Source: Chiloscyllium plagiosum (Eukaryota). From it: a stretch of 64,000 bases of DNA. Below are positions 9,901-24,900 of the stretch, in pieces. Location of the stretch: assembly GCF_004010195.1 (NCBI RefSeq), contig NC_057711.1:69702796-69766795 (forward strand). Reading direction: 5' to 3'. Position 1 is the stretch's first letter; each line of letters opens with the position of its first letter. The position numbers were made by a program, and so were the translations under genes. The notes beneath the pieces were generated by a model. The model did no database searches, was not told where the DNA came from, and saw only the letters and a program-made list of their open reading frames with translations.

Positions 9901-12900
9901 GGGTGCTGCCTGGCCTGCTGTGCTGTTCCAGCAATAAAGTTTCAACTTTGATCTCCAGCATCTGCAGACCTCACTTTCTCCTCCACTATCTGTCAAGGGC
10001 TACTGTTGGCGTTTGTGATAATAGGAAATGTTTTGGTCATATCACTTGAGATCCATTATCAACGACATCTCTTAAATTACATTGTAACTTAAACTGAGTG
10101 GAACTGGAAAATAAAGTGGAATGTGCTTGACGAGGAAGTCTCGCTCTGCTTGGATTATGAAAAACTGCATTTCTCTTATAGTCAAACATGTGAAGTGAAT
10201 TCTTAGTTTTGTCTTAATCACTTTCAGACAGGCATCCTTATCTCAACTTCTTTTCTATAGATTTATGAACATGTTTTATTTTGGCATGACTAATGATCTA
10301 TTGCATGCATATAATTTTCAAAGTGTACTTGGTTTTGTGTTTTCTTAACATTTTGAACAGAGGATGAAAAAATATTAGTGCAAGGACAGGTTAGCCAAAT
10401 TGACCTTTGATTCTTTTGCAATGTGTATGTTTCACCACACTAAGAACAGTGATGCATTTTGAAAGCTGACTCAGCATAGTTTTCAGTCTTAATAGTGTTT
10501 AAAATGCATTTCATAGGAGTATTTTGAATATTCATTGTGTAGCTTCCAAATATATAGCTTGCTTAATCTCTTACTGGAGATGTTATAAATGACTAGAACT
10601 GCTGGTAAATGTTTAGTGCACTAGAGACACCAATTTTAACTTTAGTAGAATTTTAACTTACCTTTGTTAATAACTAAGCACGTTAAATGCTTGTAGTACA
10701 TTTTAATGTAGCTGTCCTAATTTCAGTTGATTTATAGGCTAACTTAAATATGCAGCTTTTTTTAGGAGCTTTAAACAATACAAATTTCTGTAAAGTATGT
10801 CAAACATTTTTGAAGTGCCAATAGTTAACAATGAGTAAGGAAATGCATGAATTCTTGCTAGTACAAATGTGACTATTAGTCTGATTTTCTTGTGCTGCTT
10901 CTTTTGCGAACTTGTTAACACCTTTTTGTTTATGGATGTTTGTATTATCTTGGCATTTTGGTTTTCTCTCCACTTATCAAATTTGGATTGAAACTAATCC
11001 ATGACTAAACTTGTGTTCTCTTCCAGTCCAGCCCATCATCTCCAGAGCCTGCCAGTCTTCCAGCAGAAGACATAAGTGTGAAGTCTAACGGTCCCAAATC
11101 TGATACTTTGCTGGATGATGACCATGAAGACCTTTTTGCAGGTGAGGCACAGTGCAGTTCTGTGGTACTTTATGGACTTGAGCTACAGTTGTAATGGCAC
11201 ACTATATCTCAACTGCTCTACGTTAAATTCATAATCATAGGGTTGTACAGCATGGAAACAGTCCCTTCGATCCAACTCGTCCATGCTGACTAGATATCCC
11301 ATACTAAACTTGTCCTTCCTGCCAGCGCCCAGGCCATATCCTCCCAACCCTTCCTATTCGTATACCTATCCAGATGCCTTTTTTAAATGTTGCAATTGTA
11401 CTAGCCTCCACCACTTCCTCTGGCAGCTCATTGTAAACATGTAACCACCCTCTGAGTGAAAAGGTTGCCCCTTGGGTCTCTTTTATATCTTTTCCCCTCT
11501 CACTCTAAACCTATGCCCTCTAGTTCTGGACTCCCAATCCTGGGAAGAGACTTATCTATTTATCCTATCCATGCCCCTCACTATTTTATAAACCTCCTAT
11601 AAGTTGCTGATCTTCTTAGTTTGATTTAAGATAATTCCATCTCCAAGTTGACTGTAGAGCTGGAATGAAGAATGAAACAAACCTGCTTGTTAATAAGTAG
11701 TGTGCAAGTGGGATTTTTGGGTCATGAGCTTTTGAGATTTCTCTGCCTTTTCATTTTAAGATAATTGCTGATCTGTGGTGTGGCCTTAAATCCACCTTTT
11801 TGTTTGCTTCCCTGTTTGACCCTTTGTCAATTTCAAGACTTCTGCATCAGTTTGAATATGTTCCACTACTGAATTTATTGATTAAATTGCTTGGCTCTGA
11901 GAACTCAGTCTGTGAAATTTATGCAGGCTCTTGACATGGTTTTGTCCTATTCAAATTAGGTGTTGACAATTAAAGCTTTGTACATGTAAATGCTAATTGC
12001 TGCCCTAGCTGTTATTAATACAGGAATAATTTTGTCCTGCAAAGTTGTACTTCAAAAATGTCTGTTATTCTGTACTAGGGTAAGCTGATGGCAATGTTGG
12101 TGCTTCAGTACACTTGGCAACAGGTTCCTGAAATGGTCACCAAACCTTTATTTTGGTAGCAATTGACTGGGCAATAGTTTTAAACTGGCAGCATGCCATT
12201 TTTAATTGGGCAATGTCCTAATAGCCCTACTGCAAATGCCTCAAGCAACATTTTCAGTTCTGAAAAAATCTTCCAGAATAGAATCTGTTTCAAATATACC
12301 TGACTTGAGTGCTCCTGAATATTAAATCTGTTTTTATAGAAACTTTATTTCCTGTAAGTTTATTATGCTCTGCATTTCCTTGCAAAATAAGGTTTAAGGA
12401 CTTCGTTACAATTGGAGGGCATTGTTCCATACATAAATGGCCATTGGGATAATCCAGGAAACTTTTTGGACCAGAGTCTTGCCTGTTGTGGATGTTATAA
12501 ATCCTAACCATTAGGATTCTCAGCCATGTGGAAAAACATGGCCTAATTAGGGACAGTCAGCATGTCTTTGTGCAGGGCAAGTCATGTTTTACTAACTTGA
12601 ATTTGTTTTGAAGAGATGACAAAGGTGATGAAGGGAGAACAGTGGACATTGTCTACAGATTTTTAGTAAGGCTTTCAACAAGGTCCCTCGTAGTAGGCTC
12701 ATCCAGACTATTAAGATGCATGGATCAACAGTGACTTGTTGCATGGTTCAGAAGTGGCTTGCCCATAGATGTCAGAACATAGTGATAGAAGGATGTTTTC
12801 CCAGCTGGAGGTCTGTGATTAGTGGTGGTTTGCAGGCATTAGTACTAGAATCACTTTGTTATAGTGTATAAATGTCTTTGGAAATGTAGTTGAATAGATT

Positions 12901-15900
12901 AGTATGTTTGCAGACAATGCAAAGTTCAATGGAGTGTGGATAGTGTAGATGGTTTTTAGAAGTGGAATTTAATCTGGGTAAGTGAGAGGTATTGCACTTT
13001 GGTAGATCAAATGTTAAGGCCAAGTATACAGTTAACGGCAGGAGTCTGAACTGCCTTGTATAGAGGGATATTGGGGTTCAAATACATAGCTCCCTGAAAG
13101 TGGCCACTCTAATGTAAAGAAGCTGCATGGCATGCTTGCCTTACTGGTTGGGGAATTGAGTACAAGAGTCAATGTAATCTTGCAGCTTTATAAGACTTTG
13201 GTTAGGCCACAGTTACAGTATTGTGGTTGCTTCATTACAGGAAGAATGTAGAAGCTTTGGAGCAAGTACAGAAGATATTTGTCAGTATGCTGCCTAAATT
13301 AGAGGGCATATGCTGTCAGGAGAGGCTTGAAAAATGAGTTGTTTTCTCTGGAGTGGTGGAGACTTTGTAATAGTCTATAAAATTGAGATCCACAGATTGT
13401 GTCGTTGGAAAAAAGATGACTAGTTGAAATGTCTATTCCTGGGGGCATGCATTTAGGATGAGAGGGGAGAAAGGTCAAAGGAGATGAGGAGAAAACTTCC
13501 TACAGTGGTAGAAGTCTGGAATCTATTGTTAGGGTAGATACAGTAAGGGTGTTTGAGATTTTTTTAATAGTCACGTCAGTATGTAAGGATTGGAGGGATA
13601 TGGACCAAGGGCAGGCAGAAAGGGTTTAACTGCGCATCATGTTCAGACCATATGCCAAAGAACCTATTCCTGTGCTGTACAGTTCTACATTCTATTATAT
13701 CCAGGTATTCTTGCCTGAAAAGTCTAACTGGGATTTTATTCCTCTGTTTTGGATCTGAACACCATATTCATCTGTGAGGTGCAACAGTTGTTTATGAGCA
13801 AGAATTGAATCCCTGCAAACTAACTGTCATTTTTCAAGGTTCCAAGTAGTAGTTAAAATTTTTTGAAAGGTATGGAGAAATCACTTAGTGACAGGATTTC
13901 ATCAGGTAATTTTAGATGCTAACTACTTAGTAATTTTCATTGTCAAACAAATCATGATCACCTCAGAAATTAAATCCCAGAGAAAGTAATTGAAATCAGA
14001 TGGATAACATAGAAATCTGAGTGTGTTGCATCTCCACTTTTTTTTTGTTATTGGAAGTTGGAAATGATGGGTGGAACTGTTGGACATACTGGTGGCTTTG
14101 AATTACTGGCAAATGCTGCATTCAGTTTAATTTGCATTTAGCTGCAGGGCTCAATTCGATGATCTAGTATGTAGCACTCTCAATCTATCAGAATAGTTGA
14201 GTTATCACCGCAATAACTGGAACTAAATCTCCACTCCTCCACTGTCACCATTGTTTCATTACCTTCTGAGCATCACTTGTGTCAACTTCACACACTGGAC
14301 TGCAGCACTTTAAGGTTGACCAGGAAAATGGATGACAAATGCTGAGTGATACCAGTGTCCTGTGAATTTTTTTTTAACTTTCTACAAAGTAATTGTGTAC
14401 ATCTTGAGATTTAAGTCTTTTGATAGATTTTGAGGCAAGAATTCTGTAAATAACCAAATCAGGGAAGAGTTGGCTGACTTCCATTGGCTCATGTTACCAA
14501 AACATCTTCCAAATCTGAAACGTAACGGATGATTATGGATGGAGATAGAAGAATGATCAACTAGTGCATCAGTCCCATGTGATTAGTAAGTCAAGTGTTT
14601 ATAGATTTGGGGGAAAATATTAGATATGCTTTGGTTCATTGTCTTCAAAATTAAATGTTGTGAAACTTAAATGACTGCAGCCCAGTCTTTTTATTTCCAA
14701 CACACCAGTTACTAAAAATGTGTAGAATTTTAGGGAAGCTATAGGACAGCTATTGGTTCTTGTAGTTAAGCTTTTCTGCATTTCTTTTCAGAAGCTACCG
14801 ATGAGGTGTCTCTTGACAGTCCTGAAAGAGAACATATACTTTCTCCAGAACCAACTCCACCTATTACACCAGTATCTCCAACACTCATCGCCCCACGATC
14901 AGAAATAAAAATATCTCATCCTATGATGTTTGATCGATCTAAAGAGGTATGAATATTAAAAGTTGTGTAGTCTACCATGGCATCTTCCTATGGGCTTATT
15001 TTAATGAGTCTAGATATCAATTGAGCAGTTAATATACAATCTTATCCCATTTTTGATATCCAGTTCACTTTGTGCAGTAACATACTTGAATGTAGTTTAA
15101 TGTTGTATAGATAAACTAATTAAAGCCCCAAACTGGCACAAAGTAATCAATTTTCACATTGTGATTTTTTTTTTTAAAGGGAGGTGATGGCTAGTGATGT
15201 TATCAACAGACTATTAATCTAGAGACTCTGGGGGTCCAGATTCAAATTCTGGAATGGTGGAATTTGAATTCAATAAATATCTGGAATTAAGAGTCTACTG
15301 ATGACTATCAACAATGGATTCATGGTCAGAACCCATCTGTTCACTAGTGTTTTTTTGGGCCAAGGAAACTGCTATCCTTACCTGGTCTGACCTACGTTTG
15401 ACTCCAGGCACAGCCATGTGGTTGACTCTTAACTGGACTCTGGGCAGTTAGGCATGGGCAATAAATGTTACTTAATGGTGCTCACATCCTGTTAGTTTTT
15501 AAAAGTATAAAAAACATACAAGATTTCTTGTGTCAGGATTGGAGCATAAAACTAGGAAAAGTGGCTGGGGCTTTGTTTTAATTTATGCCAACATCTGCAA
15601 CATTTTTTTTTCCAAACGGAGTCATTTACATTATCTACATAATTTCTCAAAGCAAACTGAAAGCACAATCTGAATAAGCTACAATTTCCTGCTTGTTTCC
15701 TTGTGTGTCAATCATGCCATGTTCTTTAATAAAAGCTGATGTTTATAAATCCATAATAGAAATATCAGAACTAAATTTTGGTGTAACAAAAATTGTGATT
15801 TTTTTTTAAACTAACTTCAGGTATAATTGTGTATGTGCCTTGTCTAGGCTAGACTTTGGGTGTGCCAGGTATAACTTTCATCAATTGAAAATTAAAAAAC

Positions 15901-18900
15901 GAAGTATTGAGCTGTGAGCAAGATAACTGAAAAATGTCTTGAATGTCTACCAATTCCATTAGCCATTATATCAGATTAAATTTCACACTGAGCTGTGAAG
16001 GGCAGTTCTGTAAGAAGAATGAGAGTCAATGTAAATGATTCCATTCTAAAAAGAGTACAAGGTGCCTGGTGTGTATGTACATTGATCCTTGAAGGTGGCA
16101 GAGGAGCCTGAATGCTTACATGCATATGGGACTTTTTTTGATTTCTATCTAGAAATTTTATGTATAAAACCAAAAATTGTGGTGAACTTTGTTTCTAAAA
16201 CACTTGGCTTGGCCTCAACTGGTGTTCTCCAATTTTTGCGTCCCACAAAACCTTAAAGGTGTGGGGAAAGATCTAAAAGAATAGTTTGAGGAATCAGACT
16301 TGAGTTATGTGGGTAGATTGTTGAGAATGCTCACTTTGAAGAGATAATCGAGGGGAAAATTTTGGTAGCTTTCAAAATCCTGAAGGGGACAACTGTTGGT
16401 TGAGAAACTCCAAGTCCTTCTCCTGAAAGATTTAAATTTGAAACATGGGGGGAAAAAGAACAAGTAGCAGCATGGAAGAACATCTTCAGCAGTCAAAAGA
16501 TACAGAATGCCTCCTTCACACTTAGTGCAGCGTGATTTGGGACTTTCAAAGCAGAATTGTACAATTGAGAGTTGTAGAACTTTTTGGGAAAGGGGTTGGG
16601 TGATCGGAACCTGGGAGATTCCTCTTGCAGAAGTCAATACAGATTTGTCTGGCTGCTCTCTGCTGTAACACTTTTGATTCTAGCACTTGTATTGAGTGTT
16701 CAAGTAGTTTTAAACTGAAATGGAGATGTCAAAAATACAGTATGTGATGGACTGAGGCTGATCTTATTCATAACTTTAAATTCTGGTAGTTGATCAAATA
16801 AAATTTTATCCCAGACTTCTTTGGTTCAAGTATTACAGAAGTATGTAGGCAATTAATAACGAGTACTGAAAGGGCATGCTCTTTACTATACCAAACAAAA
16901 CTGAACCAAACTTCTTATACATGATACTGCATTCTCCATAGTCTTCAGTTTACTATTACTCAAGTTAACTAGTTCTGATAGATATTAAAACTTGTCTTTC
17001 TAATTAATAAAGCCTTTTGTGTCACTACTTGAATTTAATGTTGCATTTTAATTTTTTTTCCTTAATGATCCATTCTAAAAAATCTGAATTAAGTCTGTTC
17101 AGGATTCTGTTTAATTTAGATCTTTTGTGCTTAACAATTTAAGTATTTAGACTGGTGCCCATTCTTTTATTCCAGATTGAGGAAGAAGCTAATGGTGATA
17201 CATTTGACATTCATGTGTCTGTTTCTGATCCAGAAAAAGTTGGTGAGTAAAAGGTTAACATAATGACAGTCTGACTACTTATCCCTTTATAAAGTAGTGT
17301 AGTAAACTATAACAATATTTGGACTCCTTTCATTAAGTTTTTTTTAAGACTTGACTGTTTTACACTTTTTTTTGTATTTTCTTTCAGCTGAGCCCACACT
17401 TTTTTTTGTATAGCTATTTAGTGCATTCCTGTCATTTGGTTAACATTCCCACTTTTTCCTTTGTATTTTTAATTTCCTTTCTAGGAAGGAACTTTGTAGA
17501 ATTAATCACCATTTCCTGTTCCCAAATTTCCTTCATGGAGCTTTGCTGTGAACCTTTTTTTTTTATTTTGCTTCCTGTTCCTTGTCTTTACTTTTTTATT
17601 ATCACTCCTTTAGAACCTGCATTAAATCAGTCATCTAGATATCCTTTTCTGTAGCAAGCTGTAATGTGTATTTCTGTCTAATAATGTCTTGTCTTGGTAC
17701 TTAGGTGATGGAATGAATGCTTACATGGCTTACAGAGTATCCACTAAGGTAATGGATACAATGCAAAATGTTCTTGATGGATTGAACTTTGTCCTGGTTT
17801 TGCTAAAGTATGATTTTTAGATTAAAATATCTGAGCCAATTAGCTGAATAATACAACAAATCCACCGCATGCGCGCACACACACCCGTAACGGTGCCAGG
17901 CGTGACATCATCTACACGTACCTGGGCTGTGGACCCTCTGTACACATAAATGACATGGACCCTAATATCTCTACCCTTCCCCACGTACCTAATTATACGG
18001 CTCCTTATAATGGAGGAATGCTTCTAAAGCAGACAATCATGTTCCAACCAGGCATAAGGAAACCCATTACACTACAGTATTGGACCGTGCAGTAAGACCC
18101 TCTTGTATACATAACATTATCTCTCACTGGAGGTCATGCTTTAAGATGTTCAAAATCAACTATAGTGGAGTGAAATAAACTGGACCAATTCTTGAATCTT
18201 AGTAAAAGGCTTTATATTTCCTACCTTTCTGGTGCTGTTTTCTCTATCAATAAAGATACTGATTTGCATGCTGTACACTATATTAAAAGTATGGAGGCAA
18301 CACTATTTTAAACATAAATCCTCTTGTTTCAAACATTTGAAATAATGCAAACTTCAGCATTTTCCCAAGGTTACACTAAGACTTTAATCTTAGTTTGGAC
18401 CAGAGTTTTTCCTTCCCTTCAGAGAGGCACTTCCAGCTGATGGTTAAATAGTCCATGCCAACTAGAGTAATTATGGATCTGTTTCTTTCATGCAGACTAC
18501 TTTGTCCATGTTTAACAGCAAAGAGTTTACAGTGAAAAGGAGATTTAGTGACTTTCTGGGTCTGCACAGCAAATTAGCAGCAAAATATATGCATGTCGGT
18601 TATATAGTTCCTCCTGCACCAGAGAAAAGTCTTGTAGGTAAGGATGATTTTTAATTGTAGCAAAGTGCATTTAATGCCTGCACTGTTTGGTTGTGACATA
18701 CTGTTCCATGCTCTGTCCTGACTTTTAAGATACAATGTAGGTATAAGGCTGGTACTGTTTCTTGACAATTGTACAACAAAGCTCAGTACAGGAACAGTCC
18801 CTTCAGATCACTAAGCATGTGCTGGCATATGATGCCTTTCCTAAACTAAAGAAACCCTTTTTTTTAAACATGTGCACTATCTGTATCCCTCTTCTCAGAA

Positions 18901-21900
18901 TCCTAGATCTGTCAAGATGCCTCTAAAAGTTGTTTTTGTTTTGTCTCCTGGCAGCATTCTCCAGACAATTACACCCTCTGAGTAAAAAAGCACTTGCCTC
19001 TTGCATATCCTTTTTTACTGTAACTGTTTAAGACTAAGTAATGTTTCTCCCTGGGGGTGAGGGAGAGGGGCAAGACTGACTATTCTTTCCTTGTCTCAAT
19101 TTTATAAACTACTTCCAGGTCACCTTTTCCTCTTTAAGTGAAAACAGATGAAGTTTATCCAACCTCTCCTCATAGCTAATGCCTTCGATCCAGGCAAAAT
19201 CATTTCTTCTGTACTTTCTCCAAAGCCTACACATCCTTCTATTCATGTGATTGGAACTGATGCATTATTCCAATTGTGACCTAACTATAGGTCTATACAT
19301 CTGCAGCACGAATTCTCTGCAGAGTACAAAAAATTGGCAAGCATGCCATATGCTGCCTTGACCAACTTTATCAACTTAAATTGGTTTCAGTGAAATTGGA
19401 CCTGTATGCCTCAATCCTTCAGTCTGTTGATGCTCCTAAGAGCTCTGCCCTGGACTATATATTAATCTTGCCAAATGCTTCAGCTCACTTCGTCTGGATT
19501 GAACTCTACCCACTAATTCTCTAGCCAAGTTTCCAGCCTACCTTTATCATGCTATATTGCTAGCAAACCTCTTCACTATCCACTGCTCTCCCAGTCTGTC
19601 ATCTACAAATTTAGTAATCAGGCCACTTACATTCTCCTCCAGATCACTTAATAGCAGGGACCCCAGTCAGGAAAACCACCTTCCCCTACCTTCTGTGACC
19701 AAGACAGTTCTGTATCCAGCTCACCATGGGTCCCATGGGACCTCACCTTCTGTATCAGCCTGCATGAGGCATTTTGTCAAAGGCCTGTCAAGTGCAGATA
19801 GACTGCATCTGTGCACACGTCCCTCCCCAAACTAACTTCCTTTGGTTCCATGGCTAAATCTTCCTTGAGGACTGATCCGTTTAGTTACCCTCTTGCTCTT
19901 AATGTCAATTTTTTTTTTTAATTTTTGTCTCTATGAAATGAGTTGGTATTTTCCTTTTAATCTTGTTTGCCAAAGACATTTCATGGCTCCTTCTAACTAG
20001 AGTTCTATTGTGCTATTGTTGGATTCTTTTGAGGGCACTCTGTCTTCAGTTTCATAAACCTTACTTTTTTCGAATGTTTTTGAAACAACAAACTCTTTCT
20101 CTTGTCAAGGTTCCCTAATCTTGCTGTTCTTATCCTTCACTTTCACAGGAGTATTTTGGTCCTGCATACTTGGCCTTGTAAAAGAATCTCACATGCCAGA
20201 TGTGGACTTTCCCTCCAACAACCACCCCAATCTGCATTTGACAGTTCCTGTCTAATATTGCGGTAGTTAGCCTTTCCCCAGTTTAGTACTTTCAGCTGAG
20301 GACTACTCTCTTCCTTATCAGTAAGTAATCACTGTTCCAAAAATGCTCCACTGCAACTTTGATCATCTGCAGGATCCCTTCCCCCAATACCTGATCTAGA
20401 ATGGACTATTTACATGTTGCTTCGAGGAACTGTCCTGGCCATGCATAATTCCTCCACCACCACCTTTCCAACACTGCAATTTTATCTTTTTGTTGCCTCC
20501 AAGAGTATTTCATCCCTTTTTCTAAAGTGATGGGAAATGAGAGTTTACAAATTTTGACGTGCAAAATTGAACAGTTCTAAATTTGACTGAACTGAATTTT
20601 GGCTGACTAAACTCTGGACTTGGATGAAGCACTAACAAAACTGACCTGACATGGATAATTTGTTTTTACCCTCTAAAGGTATGACCAAAGTCAAAGTTGG
20701 AAAAGAAGATCCATCATCAGCAGATTTTGTTGAAAAAAGGAGAGCATCCTTGGAGAGGTAACTTTCTTAACAGAATTTAAAAATCTTGAATATATGACCT
20801 AAAAAGGTATGACCTAATTATGGAGAAGATTTGATTTAACTTCTGATCTATGCTATCCTAAAACTTGGATGGATCCCTGAGTGTATTTTGATGGCAGCTA
20901 CTGATCATTACACTTCTACTTTTGAGGCTCTCTGGGATCATGTGTTTGCTCACTTTAGGGATGCACTTTAAGTTGGCTTTCCATATGAATACTTAAAGGC
21001 ATCAGATTAGCTTACAATTCTTTCTTCAGCTTGCTTTTCTTGTCTTTTTAAACTTATCCATTTATTTGCATAGTTAAATAGCCTGATTTGGGCTTTTATA
21101 TATATGTTGTTTGGCTGAAGCACCCGCAGAAGAACTGACCAGAGTCCAGAGCTGTCTGGTCAATTTGAAAGCAGAGGCACCAACCAGATGCTTAAAAGGC
21201 TGAACTTGCATGAATGTTAATAAGGTTCCTTTGGATAGAGTAGCGTAGCAATTGCAATGGGGTGGTGCCATTGAGGGGAAAAGAACTTTTTTGAACTGCA
21301 TTGCTGGACTGGGCCCCAGTAGTCAGCAAGTGTAACTGGTGAATTGGACTTGATCCTGCCACCACCACAACTCACGATGAAGTTTGGTATAAGGGTATAA
21401 AAGTCTTTGCATTGAAAGATTCAAGACTAGAGGTAAAAGACATTTTCTGCCTCCACTGCTAAAACAAGCATGCTAGTAGGAATATTCTGCACTGGCTGGG
21501 AAGCAAGCAGCAAGGAGTTGATTTACTAGTGCTGCTAGTATGGGTGAAAATAATCTCTCCAACACCTCCAATTGAGGGGGGTCTTTATATAATTCTGACT
21601 TCAGTTAGGTGAGCTCCCTTCAGCTGCGGCACTCTAGAGAAGTGTTGGCAAATGTGATCAACCATATCCAGCTACTGCCAGTTCAAACAGCATGAGTATT
21701 TTGATCCTATCTGTTGCTGGTGAAAGTGAGGACTGTAGATACTGGAGTAGAGGGTGTGGTGCTGGAAAAGCACAGCAGGTCAAGCAGCATTCGAGGAAGG
21801 GATGATTCCTGATTAAGGGCTTTTGCCTGAAATGTTTATTCTTTCGCTTCTCCGATGCTGCCTGGCCTGCTGTGCTTTTCCAGCGCCACGTTCTCGACTC

Positions 21901-24900
21901 TTTTATTGCTGGACAAGTCCTCTTGGGTGTCAGAAGTAAAGAAAGCCTTCATTAAACTTCTTATAAACTAATTCTTCTTATAAACAGGAGTCAAATAACT
22001 CCGATAATGCTGGTGCACTTAAGATGTCTACTCCAATTCCTCATTTTCCCACCGGGTTAAGGGAAGTGGAGAGGTACCTGTTTAGATATCTATATGCATG
22101 ACCTTATAAAAAGATTTTTTAAAACATTTATTGCTGCAGAAAGGGGAATGTGATTTAAATTTTGTACTCTACAAATTTTAAAATGCAGGCTATCTTGCTG
22201 TTACTAGAATATTGAATTATTTTGAGGCAGACAAAAGCAAGTCATGTAGTTTGGTCCAGTCAGCACAGGTGTTAGATTCATAGATGTACAGCATGGAAAC
22301 AGACCCTTTTGGTCCAACTCATCCATGCTGACTAGATACCCTGACCCAATCTTGTCCCACCTGCCAACATTTGGCCCATATCCCTCCCAACGTTCCTATT
22401 CATGTACCCATCCAGATGCGTTTTAAATGTCACAATTGTACCAGCCTCCACTTCCTCTGGCAGCTCATTCCATACACATACCACCCTCTGAGTGAGAATG
22501 TTGCCCCTCAAGTCTCTTTTATATCTTCCCCTCTCATCCTAAACCTATGCCCTCTAGTTCTGGACTCTGACCCCAGCATAAAGACCTTGTCTATTTACTC
22601 TATCCATTCCCCTCATGATACTATTGACCTCTATAAGGTCACCCCTCCACCTCTGCTCCAGGGAAAACGGCCCCAGCCTATTTAACCTCTCTATAGCTCA
22701 AATCCTGCAACCCTGGCAACATCCTTGGAAGTCTTTTCTGAACCCTTTCAAGATTCATGATCTCCTTCTGGTAGGAGACCAGAATCTCTCACCATTCCAA
22801 AAGTGACATAACCAATGTCCTGTGCAGCTGCAACATGACCTCCCAACTCCTATACTCATACTCTGATCAATAAAGGAAAGCATACCAAACACTACCTTCA
22901 CTATCCTATCTACTGCAACTCTACTTTCAAGGAGAAAGTATGAACCTGCACTCTGAGGTCTTTGTTCAGCAACTCTCCCTAGGACCTTTACCATTAAGTG
23001 TACAAGTCCTGCTAAGACTTGCTTTTCTGAAATGCAGCACCTCAATTTATCTAAAATAAACTCCATCAGCCACCCATTGGCCCATCTGATCAAGATCCTG
23101 TTGTAATTGGAGGTAACCTTCTTTGCTGTCAACTACACCTCTAATTTTGGTGCAATCTTCAAAATTGGTAACTATACCTCCTTATGCTCACATCCAAGTC
23201 ATTTATAAATGATAAAGTAGTGGACCCAGCACCAATCCTTGTGGCACTCCACTGGTCAAGGCCTCTAGCCTTCTACTTTTTGAGTCAGTTCTATAGCCAT
23301 GTGGCTAGTTCTCCCTGTATTCCATGAGTTCTAACTTTGCCAATCAGTCTCCCATGGGGAACCTTGTCAAATGCCCTATTGAAGTCCATACAAGATCATG
23401 TCTACCGCTTGCCTGTTGTCTGCCATGATTTTTCAAGTCTGTGGACTTGGGTTGAGAAGGGAAGTGTACTGGGGAATAGCCTGATTTAATGTTTTATACT
23501 GCGGACTTAGGCATTGAATTTTGAACGGAAGGAAGCAGTTGAGTAAATCGGTAGCTGTAGATATGTAGAAAGATAGATATGATTTTGAAAGTAGTTATAA
23601 ATGATTTTGGGAAATACTACTTCCAAAGCTGGAAGTTTTTGTCCTTCATTGCATGTTTTCCTGATGTTGTCATTTAGTGTTACTGAAGATAGTAAATGTT
23701 ATAACATTAAGTCATTTCTGTTTTTGGCAATCCTATGTTATGGGCCAGTGTTTACACACCAATTTTAGAACCAATTCTGAATGTAGTTTGTCTTGGTTTC
23801 AGTGAAAATATGCATCATACAATCTGTAACAGTGCATTTGCAACTTAGAAGTACACTCCACCCTGTCAATACAGTCTCATGGTAGTATTTGTTTTTTTTT
23901 TCTGCAAAGCAATCTATATAAGTAAATGGAATACAAACTGAATTTTCATCAGCAGTTGAGGTGCTACTTGAGATTTCAAGGATATACTACATTAAAAGGA
24001 ATGCAGCCTTGAATTGAGGGAAATAAGTAAATGCTTTTCTATAAGCTACCATATGTGAATGCATTGCAAAGCAACCAAGTGTTACAAATAGGTTGTTTTT
24101 GTAGGTAGCAGTGTAAAGTGCCTATTAAACAGGAGGTCTTGGATCCAAGAGTGCATCAGATTATTTTTCAAAATGGGTGCAGACAATCAGGGCTATTAAG
24201 AATTTTTGGATATGGAAGCACTGAATGTGAAAGTGGGGAATGGAGTGGACCTGTTAAGTGCACCTTAAAGATATCAGCATTACATAGATTAATTGACTCC
24301 GGTTTATATGAATAATTAGTACCATAGTTTAATGAAGACTTCTGTTTATTTCTGACATTGTCTTAACTGGTTTGTGCTTTAGCCATTGACTGAACATTGC
24401 CTGGGCCAGCTGAGGAGCCTGCTCTATCATAAGTACAGTCACTATTTTGCAGCTGAAAGCAGTGGTCTGAAGCTGTAGGATTTGGTGACGAGCTGACCCT
24501 TCTCAGTTTCTTGTCTCCTCCAATGCCTCTTCAGACTGGAAACTTGGCTGTCAGCAATTTATTTCAAATGCCTGTCCATGTTCCCAACTTAATGTCTTAG
24601 TTGTAAGTGTTCTTTTAGCAAAGGTAAAGTCCACTGCACAAGGTTTTGGATTGTATGGTCAATATGTATTGGAATGTAATTGAGTCATTGCAGACATTGT
24701 GGCTTAGTTATATGCCAGTTGAAATTAGGACATTCCTAACTTTGTTAGGTAGTGCCTTGCCAAGAAATGCTGAGAATATAAGGCAGTGAAGATGGAAATT
24801 GTTCGGTCTCTTACCTTGCGTAATGTATGCTGTTCAGATCTATCTGTTAGAGAATGCAGTTCCTTCATAGGTTTGATATTCTCAGTCTACTGTTCCATAT

